A stretch of DNA of 59,967 nt, filler included, from Bipalium vagum (Eukaryota): NCBI GenBank assembly GCA_037834085.1. It is 3 parts of 3 records of this genome, joined end to end, with 100 filler letters (N's around TTAATTAATTAA, not from the genome) between each part and the next. Parts side by side here need not be neighbours in the genome. Positions count along the whole stretch, not along the records: positions 38,994 to 59,967 come from JBBMKC010243490.1; 2 more parts are not named here. One strand, written 5' to 3'. The position numbers and the translations under genes are program-made. Positions 39,701-53,639 of this stretch are shown piece by piece. The notes below the pieces were generated by a model. It did no database searches. It was not told the DNA's origin and worked only from the letters and a program-made list of their open reading frames with translations. The stretch's first letter is position 1. Every line of letters begins with the position of its first letter.

Positions 39701-41379
39701 GATTATTTTTCCTTCTGTGGTGCTCAGAATCACAGTCCGAAAAATTGGAGTTTCAAACAAAAAAATTTTTTTTTATTATAAATTAATTCTGAACCATTTT
39801 CAGCTGCATCAATTATTTGTTGATTAACTGTTTTTTGTTTTACTTATTTTTCATCGGAGAAAATTAATAATTTATATATTGATTTTTATCGAAATAAAAA
39901 AGTAATTACATTGAAACATATCTGCTAAAAATAATGAATAAATTTTTTCTCCTAAAACATATTAAAAAATAGGACAGAATTTTCCTAATGGTTTCGTGAT
40001 AAAACTCTTAACAAAAAATTCAAATTTAGTCACGTTCTGAAAGATAATAGAATATATCTTTTAATTTTCCAGTTTTCTCTGCTGCGTAAAAAATTCTTCC
40101 ATAACAATTGTGGCCCAATCGTTTTATTTTTGATATTTAATATTTCAAATGATGTTTTGAAGTAATTTTTCCCAACGTCTGTCTATCAACCTTGGGGTAT
40201 TTAACAATAATAATAAATAAAATAAATATAAAATATTACACCAATTCGTACAATAATAATAGCGATAAATAATAAAACTTCGAATAATAAAATAATCTGT
40301 GATATATAAACATTTATTATAATTATTTATTATTATTGGGGACTTTTTGAAAGTTTTTTTTCTTAACTTGACGTATAAATAATAGTTTTACAATTATATA
40401 TATTTTTCTTTCAAGCTCAAAACTGAAATTCTATTAGTTGTACAAGTTGAAAATGACGATTTTTAACAGTGCAAAAAGGTTTATTTTAATAAAACTAAAA
40501 AAAATTTTTTATTCAAAGTTTATTTATTTATTTAATTTCTAATGGTATATATATGACTGTGGCCAATTTATGTGCTAGCTTGTGATTAACGTAAAAAACC
40601 TATGAACAAATGAGTATTGAAACAATTTGTTTATTTTAAATCGTTATTTCAACTGTACACATAATATAATAGAAATTTTTACAATTTTTTTGTTTAAATT
40701 GCTTTAGGAAGAAATAATGAAGTGATATATATTCAGGGTGCGCCACTTAAATCCGGAAGAAAATATTTGCCATAAATTTTAAGTACTAATTCTGGAACTG
40801 AGTATGTATTAGACATTGATTTCCTCGAGCTGCATAATATCAGTATTTGAGATTTTGAATATTTCTTATTTCGGGTTTTATACTTTTTTGTATATAATGA
40901 ATAAAAAAAATACCAAGAGTTCCACGAAACCTTAACAAAGGTTAGAGTTCTACAAGAAAAACTTTATATATACAGGTATGAATGGTAAATATTTTTTGAC
41001 GCAGTTCATACTTCTGCGAGCTGGACGTTTACTGGATTGAGACAGAATATTTTTAAAAAATTCTGCTCGATTATTTGGGAGTTTTTCAGCTGTTTTTCTC
41101 AACAATTTTTCCTCAAGCCATTTTTTAGAAAATTTAATTTCCTGTTGTAGATTGTTGAAATATTCTTATTTTTATTAATATAATTATCACAAGCATTGTA
41201 TTTATAATAATAAAAATAATTTCTATTTTCCACTTTGATAAATTAATATATATAATGAATATTGGTAAAAACATCGTAGTATTAGGTTAATAATATAATT
41301 TTTCTGGATTTTGAATATTATATATTTATAAGCAATGAAAATATTTTTAGAAATAACAATGAAAATCAATTGATTCTCC

Positions 41380-42000
41380 ATTGTCATCTTTTCCTATCTA
41401 TCCGCTAGTTTGTTGAAATCTTTATTTACAATTTTCTAGATATATTCCGAAAGAAATTAGTCAGCCAATTTTTAAGATCCTCGTTTTCTAAAGTAATAAC
41501 TTTCATTTGATTAGACTGTAAGAGGAAATCAAATTAATTTATTGGCTCAAGGTCTGGAGATCCTCCGAAAAGAGCTTTTGGAGATTTTACAAGATTTATT
41601 GTCAACGTGGTTTTGTATTATCTCGAACAAGAATGAATTTGTCTCATTATCCTGTTTGATTCATAGGTACGTGGTTGTTGAATATTTGTTTTCCTGGATA
41701 ATTTTCAAATGTAAAAGACCAGTCCAATTCCAGCAAACAAAGACAATGGTTTTCTGGGGAAAACCAATCTTACTGTGCAAACAGGAGCCAACCATTCTTA
41801 ACTGTGCTTTAAGTTTGTATACAAAAACCATTTCTCATCTTCCGTGTTGATTCGATGAATAGACTGTTTCTGGTTGTCATATGTTCCTTCATATCTGTCA
41901 AGATCATGAGCTGCAATTTTTAAACCACTTTCTTTGATCTTTTCGTTCAGCTGATATCGCATATACCTACCCAGTTTTTGATTATACTAGTGGTAAAATC
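41380..42000 (-). mobile_element. Mariner transposase relic
   Basis: IHRINTEDEKWFLY...EWL.P and PQKTIVFVCWNWTGLLH. Confidence 0.75.
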
Positions 42001-42229
42001 TTTTCATATACTATATTTTTGTAATTTTTCTTAAATAGCACATCTTATTTTAAGTTTACCATTAATATTGACATGATTTAGGAATTGTACAGTTGTAATA
42101 CACATTTTGTTATCAACATTTTTAAAATTTTCAAATCAAATTTACGAGTACAAATTTTTGAAAATTAGTATTAAGTAAATTTATTTAAGCATTTATTTCA
42201 GGAATTTTTATTACGGATTCTTAAGAAAT

Positions 42230-43870
42230 TAGATTAATGATTAATAATTTAGCTAATCCTAATATGGCTAAATAACAAGAAAAATGATTATAACCAGGGC
42301 AGACGTTCAAAATATTATAATTTATAAAATAAAAAAAAACAAAGAGGAGATGACCGAAAATACCTAATGCTAAAATGATTTATAGGCAACGAAAATTCTG
42401 AGTGTCAAAGTGGAACTCATCTAAATGTTTCCAGAAGAACTTTAGAGAATTGGTAAGAAAAAAATGAATACAGGGTGTTTATTATGTGTGCTAACATACT
42501 TTATTTTTAAATTACAAGTTAAAAAAAAGGTATTACTAATTTGTTTATATGGATTAAAAGTTTAATAATCCATTTAGTTAATTTTAAAATAAAATGGCTT
42601 TGCGTTTTTTGATGGAAGAAAGAATTCAAATTGTTGTATGGAACTTCAAATTTGATAATTTTGAAGAAGTAATTAGGCATTTGAAAAAAAGTTAATCACT
42701 CCACCACAAAGTTGGAAAACAATTAAAAAAAATAGTGGACAAGTTTAAGAAGACTGAAAGTGCTCATGGCCAAGTAAAATTCGGCCGACCTCGTTCCGTA
42801 CTTACAACACGATGGGGCACCTGCGCACTATTCGCAAAAAGTCAGGAACTGGCTAGACAAAAAGTTCACAAATCGCTGGATTAGAAGACGAGGTCCAATT
42901 GAGTAGCCTCTTCGTTTGCCGGATCTATCTTCGCCAGACTTCTTCTTGTGGGATATCTAAAACAAAATGTGTACAAAGACAGATCTCATACAATCGCTGA
43001 GCTCAAGGATAAAATCAGTCATGTTTTTAATGATGTATATACTAGAATTTGCCAGCGAGCATGTCTAAATGTACTGTCTCGATTAAGCCATAAAGCGTCA
43101 ATTATATAATTACGTATTGTATTTGTTTTTAAATATGTTATTGAAATGAAAAAGTATTACCTACTTATATCTTTATTGTTTGTTAAAATATTAAAAATGA
43201 AAATATGTTAACATACATAATAAACACCCTGTATAATTATAAAAAGGAACAAAATTGTAGCTTATTCCTAACGATAGAAAAATAAAATGTAGTTGATATT
43301 GTCATGGATTTATATTAAAATTCTTTTCCAAAGAACAATGTTTTAATAATCTGTAAATAAATTATTTAATAACAAAGTCTTACAATTACCTTATATTAGA
43401 TTTACATATTGTCCAAAGAGAATAAAAATCAATAAAGCAAAAATGTCGAGGTATCAATTGGTGGTTCGGAGAATGTTTATGCCAAATGGCCTTATCTCTC
43501 AAAATTCTGAAAATTATACAAAACGCATTGCTACTATAAAATTATTTTATTTGCCAATAATGAATCTAAATATTAAGTTGAATATCTTCTTGGTAAAAGA
43601 TAATTGCAGCATTCACGTAGCCAAGCAGTATAAGCAGGACTTTTATATAATGCAGCATTTTGAAAAAATTGAGTGACCATCAAAATCTTCAGATATCAAT
43701 TTAATTGAAAACATTTGGAAAATGTTCTCCGTTATATTTATTCAATTAATAAACAGAAGATTGAAAAAGATTATTTAAAGCAGTTGACAAGAAAAATTCT
43801 GAAAAACTTGATATCTCAAGAAATCTATACTTTTTTATAAATCGTTTTAAGAAAACATAAAAATACTACT
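42230..43870 (+). mobile_element. Decayed Tc1 (DD34E-type) element interrupted by a nested insertion
   Basis: LNVSRRTL upstream of the insertion; KDNCSIH and E*PSKSSDINLIENIWK downstream; boundaries approximate. Confidence 0.6.
42471..43231 (+). mobile_element. Internally deleted rosa-like Tc1/mariner element with intact TIRs
   Basis: TIR CAGGGTGTTTATTATGT[G/A]TG[C/T]TAACATA at both ends, flanked by TA. The HTH fragment GRPRSV is fused to QHDGAPAHY...VRNWLD..F..RWI...DFFLW. Confidence 0.9.
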
Positions 43871-45795
43871 TATATAATTAATGAAAGATTATTAATGATC
43901 ATGTAGTCCTGGAAACACATGTTATAAAGAAAAAAAATCTGATATTCTATAAAGCATTTTATTAAAAATGCATTACTTAATACATAGAAACTAATAATTC
44001 ATCTATCACATGAGATAATAAGTGATTCTTTGAAAATTTAGTTATCAGTCTTTCGTTTTTTGAAATCATACCACGCGAGATTTTCACTTTTGGTCATAGA
44101 TATTCCTAAGCTTATTTTCCAAATAAAGTGAATGAAATAACAGATAATATTAATAAAATATTATAAATGAAACAAGTATACATAATAAAATTAAAAATGA
44201 GCGATTTTTCGTGATTTATGCAATAATAAATGTTCATTAAATTCCACATTTCCACCTAAACAACCAAATTATTTATTAATTATTATTTTTAACACTTCAT
44301 AGTAGCTGATTTATCTCTGTAATCTGTCACTGACAAAGGTAAAGAGAAACTGAAACTCATTACCGAGAAGTGAATAGATTAAAAGAATTATTAAAAGGAT
44401 ATGATAATCTTTTAATATTAGTAATCCTTTGAAGCAGATTGTGGATCCTTTGTGTACATAGGTGAAAGAATGTGCAGGAATGTGAAGCAACATTGGAAAT
44501 GGAATAGAGATAAACATCTTTCTTAAAAAATTATCTAATATGACTACAGAAAAACTGTAGTAAGTGTTTCTTGAGATACCTAAGGACTGACTGTGGTATA
44601 TGATGGATGAAACACAGGAAAGTATAGAACATTATTAAAACTTTACCTCCACAATATTAAATACACAACAGCCACCCAAAGTTCTGCTATGAAATTAATC
44701 ATTGAAGAACAATATGCAATTCAATGGCACATGTCGTTGTATAAATATTAATTTAATTTAAATATATAATAAAAGATGAATTAAATAAATTATTTTTATT
44801 AGCTTGATTTACATAATAAACGATTTCTGTTAATAAAATCCTACAATAACAGACCCGTTCAAATGAAAAGTCCCAGCTCATTTCAGAGTAAAACATAACA
44901 TAAAACCATACCACAGTAAAGTCAAAAGGATTAAGGTATTTTTTATCATATATAATTTTCTCTCACAGAAATCAACATTATATGTATATGAATATTGCTA
45001 CAGATTTTATAAAGAACTACAAAACTCAGAATGTAATTTCTGGAAAATCTAAACATGGAAAGGGGTCAGAGATGGTGGTGTATATACACGATTTCATCGA
45101 TCCAAACGTGGACTGTTTTCAGCAAAAAGCTTCATTTCAACTGTAAATTAAACCAATATGCTAAAGAACAAAGCATACAATTTGATGAGGCAGATACAAT
45201 TGGATTTCATTTTTATTTGCTCGATTTTTCAAAGCAAGACCACAGTAGATTGAAACATTCAATGTAACTGACGAAATGGACTCAGCCGTCTACCTATGGA
45301 ATGAGAGACCTGCATTCATATTTTCGATATATGTATATGGTGTCTTTGAAATTGGAGATGTGTCTCTATGCCTAACAGACAGGGCATCCATACAAATGCC
45401 ATTCGTTTCTACCAACCAACAGACATGGCTGTGTTTCATTGAGCAGTGGCTGATTTAAGAAGAGATGGAAAAAAAATCAATGCTTCAATACTGAATGCAA
45501 AGGAGGCTGGAAAGATAATTGAATTTCACACACATCTTGACAGAGTTGAGTGGTATAAGGCGCTGGCACGAGCTTGCCTCTCTAATGAGATGTGGGGAGT
45601 CGATGATGTCTTGTTTCGATGAGGTTGCCTCGCTAGTTGCGCATGATAAATACAAACTCGTTCAAATTTGGATTCATTTTTGCATTAACGCTTTGTTAAA
45701 ATAACCAGGAGTATTCAAGTGAATCGTTTTCGTTTTGTTTGTTTCGAAATAAAACAAATGAACAGCAAAAACTTTTGTCCATAACAAACCCATTT

Positions 45796-45862
45796 TGTAC
45801 TAGCGCTCACCTAGTGACCTTGGTTTGTGGTAAACTAAGGCACGCGGTGAATGCCAGATAAA
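45796..45862 (+). ncRNA. mir-124: miR-124 precursor hairpin (mature 3p TAAGGCACGCGGTGAATGCCA 45836-45856; star GCGCTCACCTAGTGACCTTGGT 45803-45824)
   Basis: The mature arm matches the pan-bilaterian miR-124 sequence. The upstream arm pairs with it (TCACC/GGTGA, GTG/CAC, CCTTGGTTT/AAACTAAGG). A CNNC motif (CGTC, 45872-45875) lies 16 nt after the mature 3' end. Confidence 0.96.
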
Positions 45863-46558
45863 GGGATGGAACGTCCATTGAGGGGGTTTTATTTCAATTT
45901 TATCATTTCTTTGATTTCATATCCTACAGGTTGCCGTGCACTATTGGAAAAGGTTAATCATTTTGTTATGTACAGAAAACGTATTGATATTTTTTATTTA
46001 TTTATTTATATTTTTGAATTTTTAATCGATTTGAAAATTTTCAGTAAATTTTTCCTTGGACTCTATGTGGAAAATAATTTTCCAAATTTTCATATGTTTA
46101 ATTTGATAATATTTTGGAAAATATTATTTTTATTGAATATTGATGAATGAATTCATAATGCAGATGATCCTGCACACATCCAAAACTGTCAACTTTTTGA
46201 TTTATTATTCTGATTTTTACTGAGCCAAGGGTTGAAGAATTGCAGAAATGTTTCATTTAAACAATATCAATCAAATCATTTATTTACAATATTTATTATA
46301 ACTTTTCCTAAATTTGACATTTTTTCTACATATTCCCAAAACATTATTTTCATAAGTGATTTTAAATTTTCAAATTTAATTAATTCCAATTTATTACTTA
46401 TTTATTAATAATACATTAAAAATGATTTCAACATGATCTGATAGCTTTTATTTCGTTTAATTCAACAAATAGTTTTACATAATACACAGATAAACGTGTT
46501 TTCGTAACTTATCGCTCTGAAAGGCACATTTTCCCTTTGGCCGAAAAGTAATCTTCTC

Positions 46559-46617
<59 letters not shown>
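46559..46617. repeat. (ATT)n microsatellite
   Basis: Read directly from the sequence. Confidence 0.95.
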
Positions 46618-47414
46618 TAGTTTTACATATGGGGCTTTCTGGAAACGCTTTATAAATAATTTGATCACGATATTGTGAAATAAATCAACCTAAAAATGTC
46701 GCTAAATAATATTACAAAATAGATAATAAAAAACAATTATTTCAACATGAAATCAATGAAATTTTACTTAATTCTGGCTTTCCAATAAATAAGGAATCCG
46801 AGCATTCATTTTTATCCAATTATGCTTTATTTTTCTATAAAATAATAAATTACTATAAGTGATGAATGAAAAGAGTTTGTGTGACAGATGGTTGAACATA
46901 CTCATTGCAAATAAAGCAACCCGTTTCCCAGCTGTCTATTTGTTTGAATGAATTGCAAAGGAATTAGCATGTTATTCATTCCCATACACTTTCGCTGAAG
47001 AAAAGAATTAATAATATATCACCTGTTTTTTGCTATTGAAAATTAGACATTATTGGACTAGAAATTTGTTTATTAAAATCCGATGCCAAAAATGAATCTG
47101 CCTGGAAAATTTAATCAACGTTAACATGCTGGGAATCGTAGAATATTTTGGAGAAAATATTTATCTTCTCTGATTCTGACATGAGTTTCACTGAGCTTAC
47201 TTTGTAATCATTGCTGATTATTGTTTATACGTTTTAACATTTTAGCCAGGCTTATCTGTTGCAGAGACATATTTTCCTGAAGCATTAATTAATGCAGCTG
47301 TTTCCCTTTATCTCTGAAACTGAATATTTCACAATATTTTATTGATATTTTGTTATAATATATATTTTTAAATATCTAATGGGGTAAATATGTTAACATT
47401 ATTCTATAAAATAT

Positions 47415-47610
47415 NNNNNNNNNNNNNNNNNNNNNNNNNNNNNNNNNNNNNNNNNNNNNNNNNNNNNNNNNNNNNNNNNNNNNNNNNNNNNNNNNNNNNN
47501 NNNNNNNNNNNNNNNNNNNNNNNNNNNNNNNNNNNNNNNNNNNNNNNNNNNNNNNNNNNNNNNNNNNNNNNNNNNNNNNNNNNNNNNNNNNNNNNNNNNN
47601 NNNNNNNNNN
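47415..47610. other. Scaffold gap (N run)
   Basis: Read directly from the sequence. Confidence 0.99.
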
Positions 47611-49177
47611 ATTAAGTATAAGACTTCAAAAAAATTCCACATATAACAAAAATAAATTGATTTTATTTAATTGTGTTAATTTACTTTATTTTTATTTATA
47701 ATTTATAATAATTTTTCCATTTACTTTTAGATTCGAATTTTGATACAATTGATGGAAGTTGTTTTCCCTGGTTATCCTTTTATATTGTTGTGAGGTCTTT
47801 TCATATTTATTCACACATGTTTAGCCTAAGGTCTGGGAATATTAGGTCAGATATTAGAGGTAATTGCACACGAGTTAGATGTTTTTTTTAAAAGAGTACT
47901 GTATTTTAAGCTTTGAGGAATTTTAATGAGATATAAAACCAGTCAGGTCAATTGAATGTCATATCTTCGCGGATGAATTATTAACTGAGAAAATATCTCA
48001 AAATAGAAGGATACATTTTAGAAATCTTCATTAAAACAAACCCTGTGTTATTTCTAGTTTTTTAAGGATTTGGATAATAAAAATGTAGAATTTCCATAAG
48101 ATAACAGATATGACAATTGTAAAGAATATGTGATAATGAATTATGAACCGATGAGTGCCCCAAAAATCAACGGAAAAGAAAAAAACTGTTTCCACTTCTA
48201 ATTTCTAACGTGTCAGTGTTTATCAATGACGGAAATAAGTCTTTAAAAATTTAATAATTGTCAACTTTTTACTGTATACGTGAACAATATGAGAACCCAT
48301 GATATGACATGTGAAAGAGAATAAAGATAAACCAGTTGTCATTTAAGAAAAAAAGAAGAAAATTTCCAGAAATAATTTAATATTGTTTTTACGATGCTCA
48401 GAGATTCTTTTTTATTTATACTCTAAAATTACAACACAAAAACAATGAACCTGAATATTTGTATAAAATGCACAAAACTTTGATCGAAACTAATATTTTT
48501 TTTACCGAAATGAACTCAATTCTTAAGATCCATATCGTATTATAATTGATCAGAATAATGTTTTTGCAAATTGATTAAAATCAAATTCACAGAAATGATC
48601 TGAAAACTATTCATGAACCAACCTAACAGAAAATATAAAAAACATACATTAATGAAACGTACTTTTCTTTTGAAAAGTTACTATTAATCGGTGATTGTTT
48701 ATTTTTGTTATCTTACACCTTTATTCATCAACCTATTTCACTAAATCGGAAGAAAAGATCGCACATTATAATACCATTATCAAAAGTGATCTTATTGGTT
48801 TAAAAGAATAATAATTACATTTTGAATTTAATAATGATTTATTATTTATAGAAAATCAATAAAACGAATTGATAATATTGTTTATTAATTCTATTAACTG
48901 TATTTATTGACGCTATCAATTAATGAATTAATCAGACTTCGTAAAAATGATTTATCATTACTTTTCAAAGATAATATAAATAATTTATTATTTTTTATTT
49001 TATTTCATTCACACAATTCCGTCATTTATTATTAATCCTCGCTTCTTCTTAGTATAACCATGTTTAGCTTATTTAGTTGTCTCAGATTAATAATGTAATT
49101 ATTTTAATGTCATCTTAATCCGGTAACATTTAGGTCGTAATTTGTTAATTGTGAGAGATCTATAAAGCTATTATTAC

Positions 49178-49244
<67 letters not shown>
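49178..49244. repeat. (AAT)n microsatellite
   Basis: Read directly from the sequence. Confidence 0.95.
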
Positions 49245-49245
<1 letters not shown>

Positions 49246-50029
49246 CAAAATAAGTTATAGAAATTCAAAAACTGTTTGTCTCATAATTCTGCACCTGTAA
49301 AATATGTGAATGAAAATCAACTTTTATTATTACTTAATATTATTCAGTATTCTTTTTATTAAAAATTAGTTTTAAATTCCTAAAGTATTAAATTAATTTA
49401 TCATATTTTTTTGAATAAATATTAATATTATTTTAGATTTTTTTATTCTTATATATATATATATATATATTATTTTAACCAAGGGGTTGCATATGTTTGT
49501 TTGGAACAATCTGTTTCTTAATAGCTATTTTTAGAGTTGTCATTATTATATTCGGCATTGGTTCATAACTTTGACAAAGCCACACCTCTGCCTGATAACC
49601 TTAGATGAAAGGAAAAATATGAATGAAATAGTACAAATAAGAAAAATTGACATGACAATGTCTAGGAGATTTTTATGGTTGATAATATTTCGCTGCTAAA
49701 ATTGAATAAAAGAATATCTAGGACGATAAATGAAAGACATTCATTTCAAAAGAAAAAATGATTGATTTGTCCCCGAAAATCTGAATAGAACAGATAAATA
49801 ATTTTAGAGGACCTTTGATAATTCTTAATTTTTAATAAAATATTGTTTTCTAGTAAAAATTCTAGAAATTCTAGAAATTCTTAAATTGAAACTTAAAACT
49901 AGTCTTATTAAATTGTAATGTTCATAATTTTTCTTAAATTATTATTCATTGACAAAAAAATAAATTGAAAGTAAATTTTGTAATAAAATTATACAATAAC
50001 AAAGAGCTGGAAATGTCAAAACTGCTTTA

Positions 50030-50945
50030 ATCTGTGAGGTTTTGCGTTGACCTGATGGAAAAGAGTTAATTTTTGCCTAATGAATATCGGATACTTCTCT
50101 TTAAATTTATCGTAAACTCGGTCTAGTTATTGGCAATACAGATCGGAGTTAATGGCATATCCTTTCGTATTAAGTTTAAAATGAAGGACACCTTCAAAAT
50201 TCCACCAAACACAGATCATAACTTTCTTACCAAACCGATTTTGCCTTGGAACTGAATGAGTAGTCTAACCGTTTGGAATCCATTGCTTTTGTTGGTTGTA
50301 GTTTATTATGTAAGCCAATTTCTCATGAGACTTGACAATGCGTCTCCAAAATTTAAAAATAATGAAGGGTTTGCCAAAAACTTACGACAAATTTCCAAGC
50401 GTCGATTGGCTTGTGCTTCTGTAAGCTAACGCGAGCCTTATAAACAAAATCCAGGTTGTTTAAATTTTCCAAAACAGTTTTGTGATCTACACCAAGTAAT
50501 GGTCCCATATCACGACAACTTGATGTTGGTTGCTGTTTAAGAGCACAAGCCATATCTTCATCGTCCAAATCCGATGTTAGACCAGAACAAACATGATCTT
50601 CCAAACTAACATAACCAGAGTCAAATTTCTTGTACCAACTAGAAGATGTTGTGTAGTGGATGACATTCTCACCTTCAGCATCGCAAATTTCCTTAGTAGC
50701 TTCAGTGGTAAAAAGTCATCTCTTCTAACAATACATAAACAGAACTTGAAGATAATCTCTTGTCAATGACATCTTAAATAAATAAAAATTAAATTTCAAC
50801 ATTAAAAATCATTAAATCATTAAAATTTAAATATGAAATATTATATTATAATTGAATTTAATGATTAAAACAAATTCATTTGAAAAATGATTTAGCAGTA
50901 ATTTGCAATCTTTTGTAAGTGTTGCAGAACTTATGCTCCAACATA
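50030..50945 (-). mobile_element. Mariner element, 3'-truncated
   Basis: TIR TA-TTATGTTGGAGCATAAGTTCTGCA; TEATKEICDAEGE..WYKKFDSG..SLED, KKVMICVWWNFEGVLHF, INSDLYCQ and HQVNAKPH. Confidence 0.85.
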
Positions 50946-52289
50946 ATAATAAGTCAGAATTATGTAAAATTGAGGATTGAAAAATATGAGAATTAAATTA
51001 AAGTTAAGCTGAGATTTTTAGTTAGTTAAGATCTAAAGTGAAGTTGAAAATAGAATTTAAATGAAGCTGAAAATGGAAGTTAACTGGAGAAATAAAGTTA
51101 TAGGAAACTGATTCGAAGTCAAAGTGAACACATTTGGAAACAAAAATAGGTCGATAGTGAATAAAACTATTTTATTTGTGGAAATTGATGTTATTTTGTT
51201 TTTGCAATTTAACGAATTTGGCTATTATTTAATTGTCTTATCAGTCTACTTTATGAAGGAAACAATATAAATTTGGAGAGACACGAAATATTAACAAGTT
51301 ATAGTTTTATGAAATGTAGATAAATCTGGTTGTAAATCTGTTTTTTTATTAATTAGTTAAAAATAAGGACGCGATCTCTATCAGCCATTCTCACTCTACT
51401 ACCAGATTAGATAATTAATTTTTTTATATACTCATATTTTTAAATTCCTAAACTAAAATTTTACATTGGAAAAATTTATATTTAATTTTTAAATATACAA
51501 ATAAATTTTAAAAAGGATATATAGCAAAATGGAAAAATAAAATATTTAATATTAATGCAGTTTATTTTGCATCACCAATTAAATTTGAAATTATTGATTT
51601 GAAAGGAGAAATATTGGGACGATTTTAAGACAAAGAAATACAGAAAAGTATTTTTTAGAAGAATTATATTTTCAAAATTAATTTTTAAATTATAATTTTT
51701 TCTTATTTAATATTTAATTTTATCTAAAATTTATTTAAAACATTTTGTTTAAATAATATCTTGCTTAGATATTATTTGAGCAATATATTGAAATGATAAA
51801 ATTATTAATTATAATGATATTCATTTTTCACAAAATAATTTTATCCAAAGGATTAATCAAATAATTTTTATAATTATTTTCATTCTTCAGCAGGATAACA
51901 TTTAAGTTTCTTAATTATATTTAAAATTTACGTATTTTGCTTAAAATATATTATCTTTATTTTAAAATTTAGGATAGAACTAATTTCTGAAACCCCCAAT
52001 CTTACATTCAAATGAAATACCCTCAAGAAAAAAACTTATTAAAGTTGTGTGCTGATTATAGTAATAAAATTCCAGGAAATAATCTTTCCTCGAATAAATT
52101 AGAAGTTGAAGTATTACTAGTACAGAATCACAAGAGCATGAAATTGAAATAGTTGATTTAGATTGTGAATACTAAATAAAAAGAAGAAAAAATAAAAGAA
52201 ATTCAAAGAATAATGAAAAAAAAACTAGTTAAAAATGAATTAAAGATAATGAAGCTGACTGCGCATTATCGATTAAGGACTGGATTATT

Positions 52290-53046
52290 AAATTGCAAAA
52301 ATCAAAATTAATCTTAAACAATCAGGAATTAAGAAGATATAATTATTAAATATACCACTTTGGTCTCTTCGCCTGCTTATACTATCGTAATTACCTGTCA
52401 TGTGTCTTGATCCTGCAAATTTCTTCGACACTATATGATGTTCCGGAATCTTTGTTGTCTGTACCATCTTCATTTTATTCTGTACTGTAGTCTTCTTGGA
52501 AGCATTACTGTGGTTTCTGACAACATTGATTTTCTCTTTTCTCTTTTTATTAATTACTTTCATTTTTTTCATCAGAGCTTCAATATCATCAATATTTTTT
52601 AGCTCCCTCATCTCTACTTCCCGAATCATTTTTCGTCATTCACGCAGTGTAATAGCATTCTTGATATTAAATGTTCTTCTGTGATTTGATGCACCAACGC
52701 CTTTTTCACTTTCTCCTTTATTATCTTCACAAATGATTGAATATCTTCGTTTCCTCTTCTTTATTGTAATAGGTTTTCCCAATCTGATATCATGTCCACG
52801 GGTTCTGCAAAAGTTATTTGCAATCTAGCTTCAAAGCCATCTGGTTTTGAAGCTGTTTTTTCATAATCTTCAATCATGTCTTCGTCAATCATGGCGTAGA
52901 TCATCCTTTCTCTGGGCTTTTTTGACTTTTCAAAATAAATCAAAATACTTTCGACATTGGCCAATAAAATTTTCGATGATATCGCTTCTTTGTAGAATTT
53001 TGGGTAACAGTCTGCCAACCAGTGTGTCTACTGGTGTGGTCGCCAT
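52290..53046 (-). mobile_element. Frameshifted gag-like ORF of a Gypsy-type LTR retrotransposon
   Basis: An ATG at 53046 (MATTPVDTLVGRLLPKIL..IENFIGQCRKYF) continues through frameshifts and a stop into the ORFs at 52761-53018 and 52288-52629. Helical, charged and intronless; the gag assignment is by resemblance. Confidence 0.55.
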
Positions 53047-53639
53047 GTTAATCTGTTCTGTATTATCGAGAAAAAATTCCATAATCAAAAAATATATTTG
53101 AAAAAAACTTTCGTTCCTGTCTGATTATTTAAACAATAATCATTAATAAATTTAGTTATTTCCATTACAAATACAATGATAAATTTCAGATGAATACTAT
53201 CAAATATTTTTGGAAGATTATAGGAATTGTAAGATCCTAAAAATATACTTTATATTACATGAAGTTAGATATTTTAGATTTAGCTAATTTTATGACTTAC
53301 AGACAAAGTCTCCAATTTTTAGACGTCAAACATAATAAATCAAAATATTATATTTTATTGTATATTTGGATAATATTAAAAAAATTTTCAATCCCTCTCA
53401 TTTCCTCTTCATTCATAAATCTTTTGATAAGTTAAAGTTTATAGATCTTTATTGTTCCTAGTGTAATAAATTTAAAAGTTAATATTCTTGTTTGTTTATT
53501 TACAAATATCTTCATGTCATTATACATAATTATAATTAAAATATGAATCATATAAATCACCAAACAAATTATATCTAAAAAAAGGTTTAAATATGTTTTT
53601 TTTATTTTAATATTACCTCTACATCTTTTCCACGAACTT

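Noticed and set aside
51375-51398. Minus-strand TGGTAGTAGAG resembles a tRNA-iMet primer-binding site
   Set aside because: Imperfect match, no LTR terminal CA next to it, and it lies downstream rather than upstream of the gag relic.
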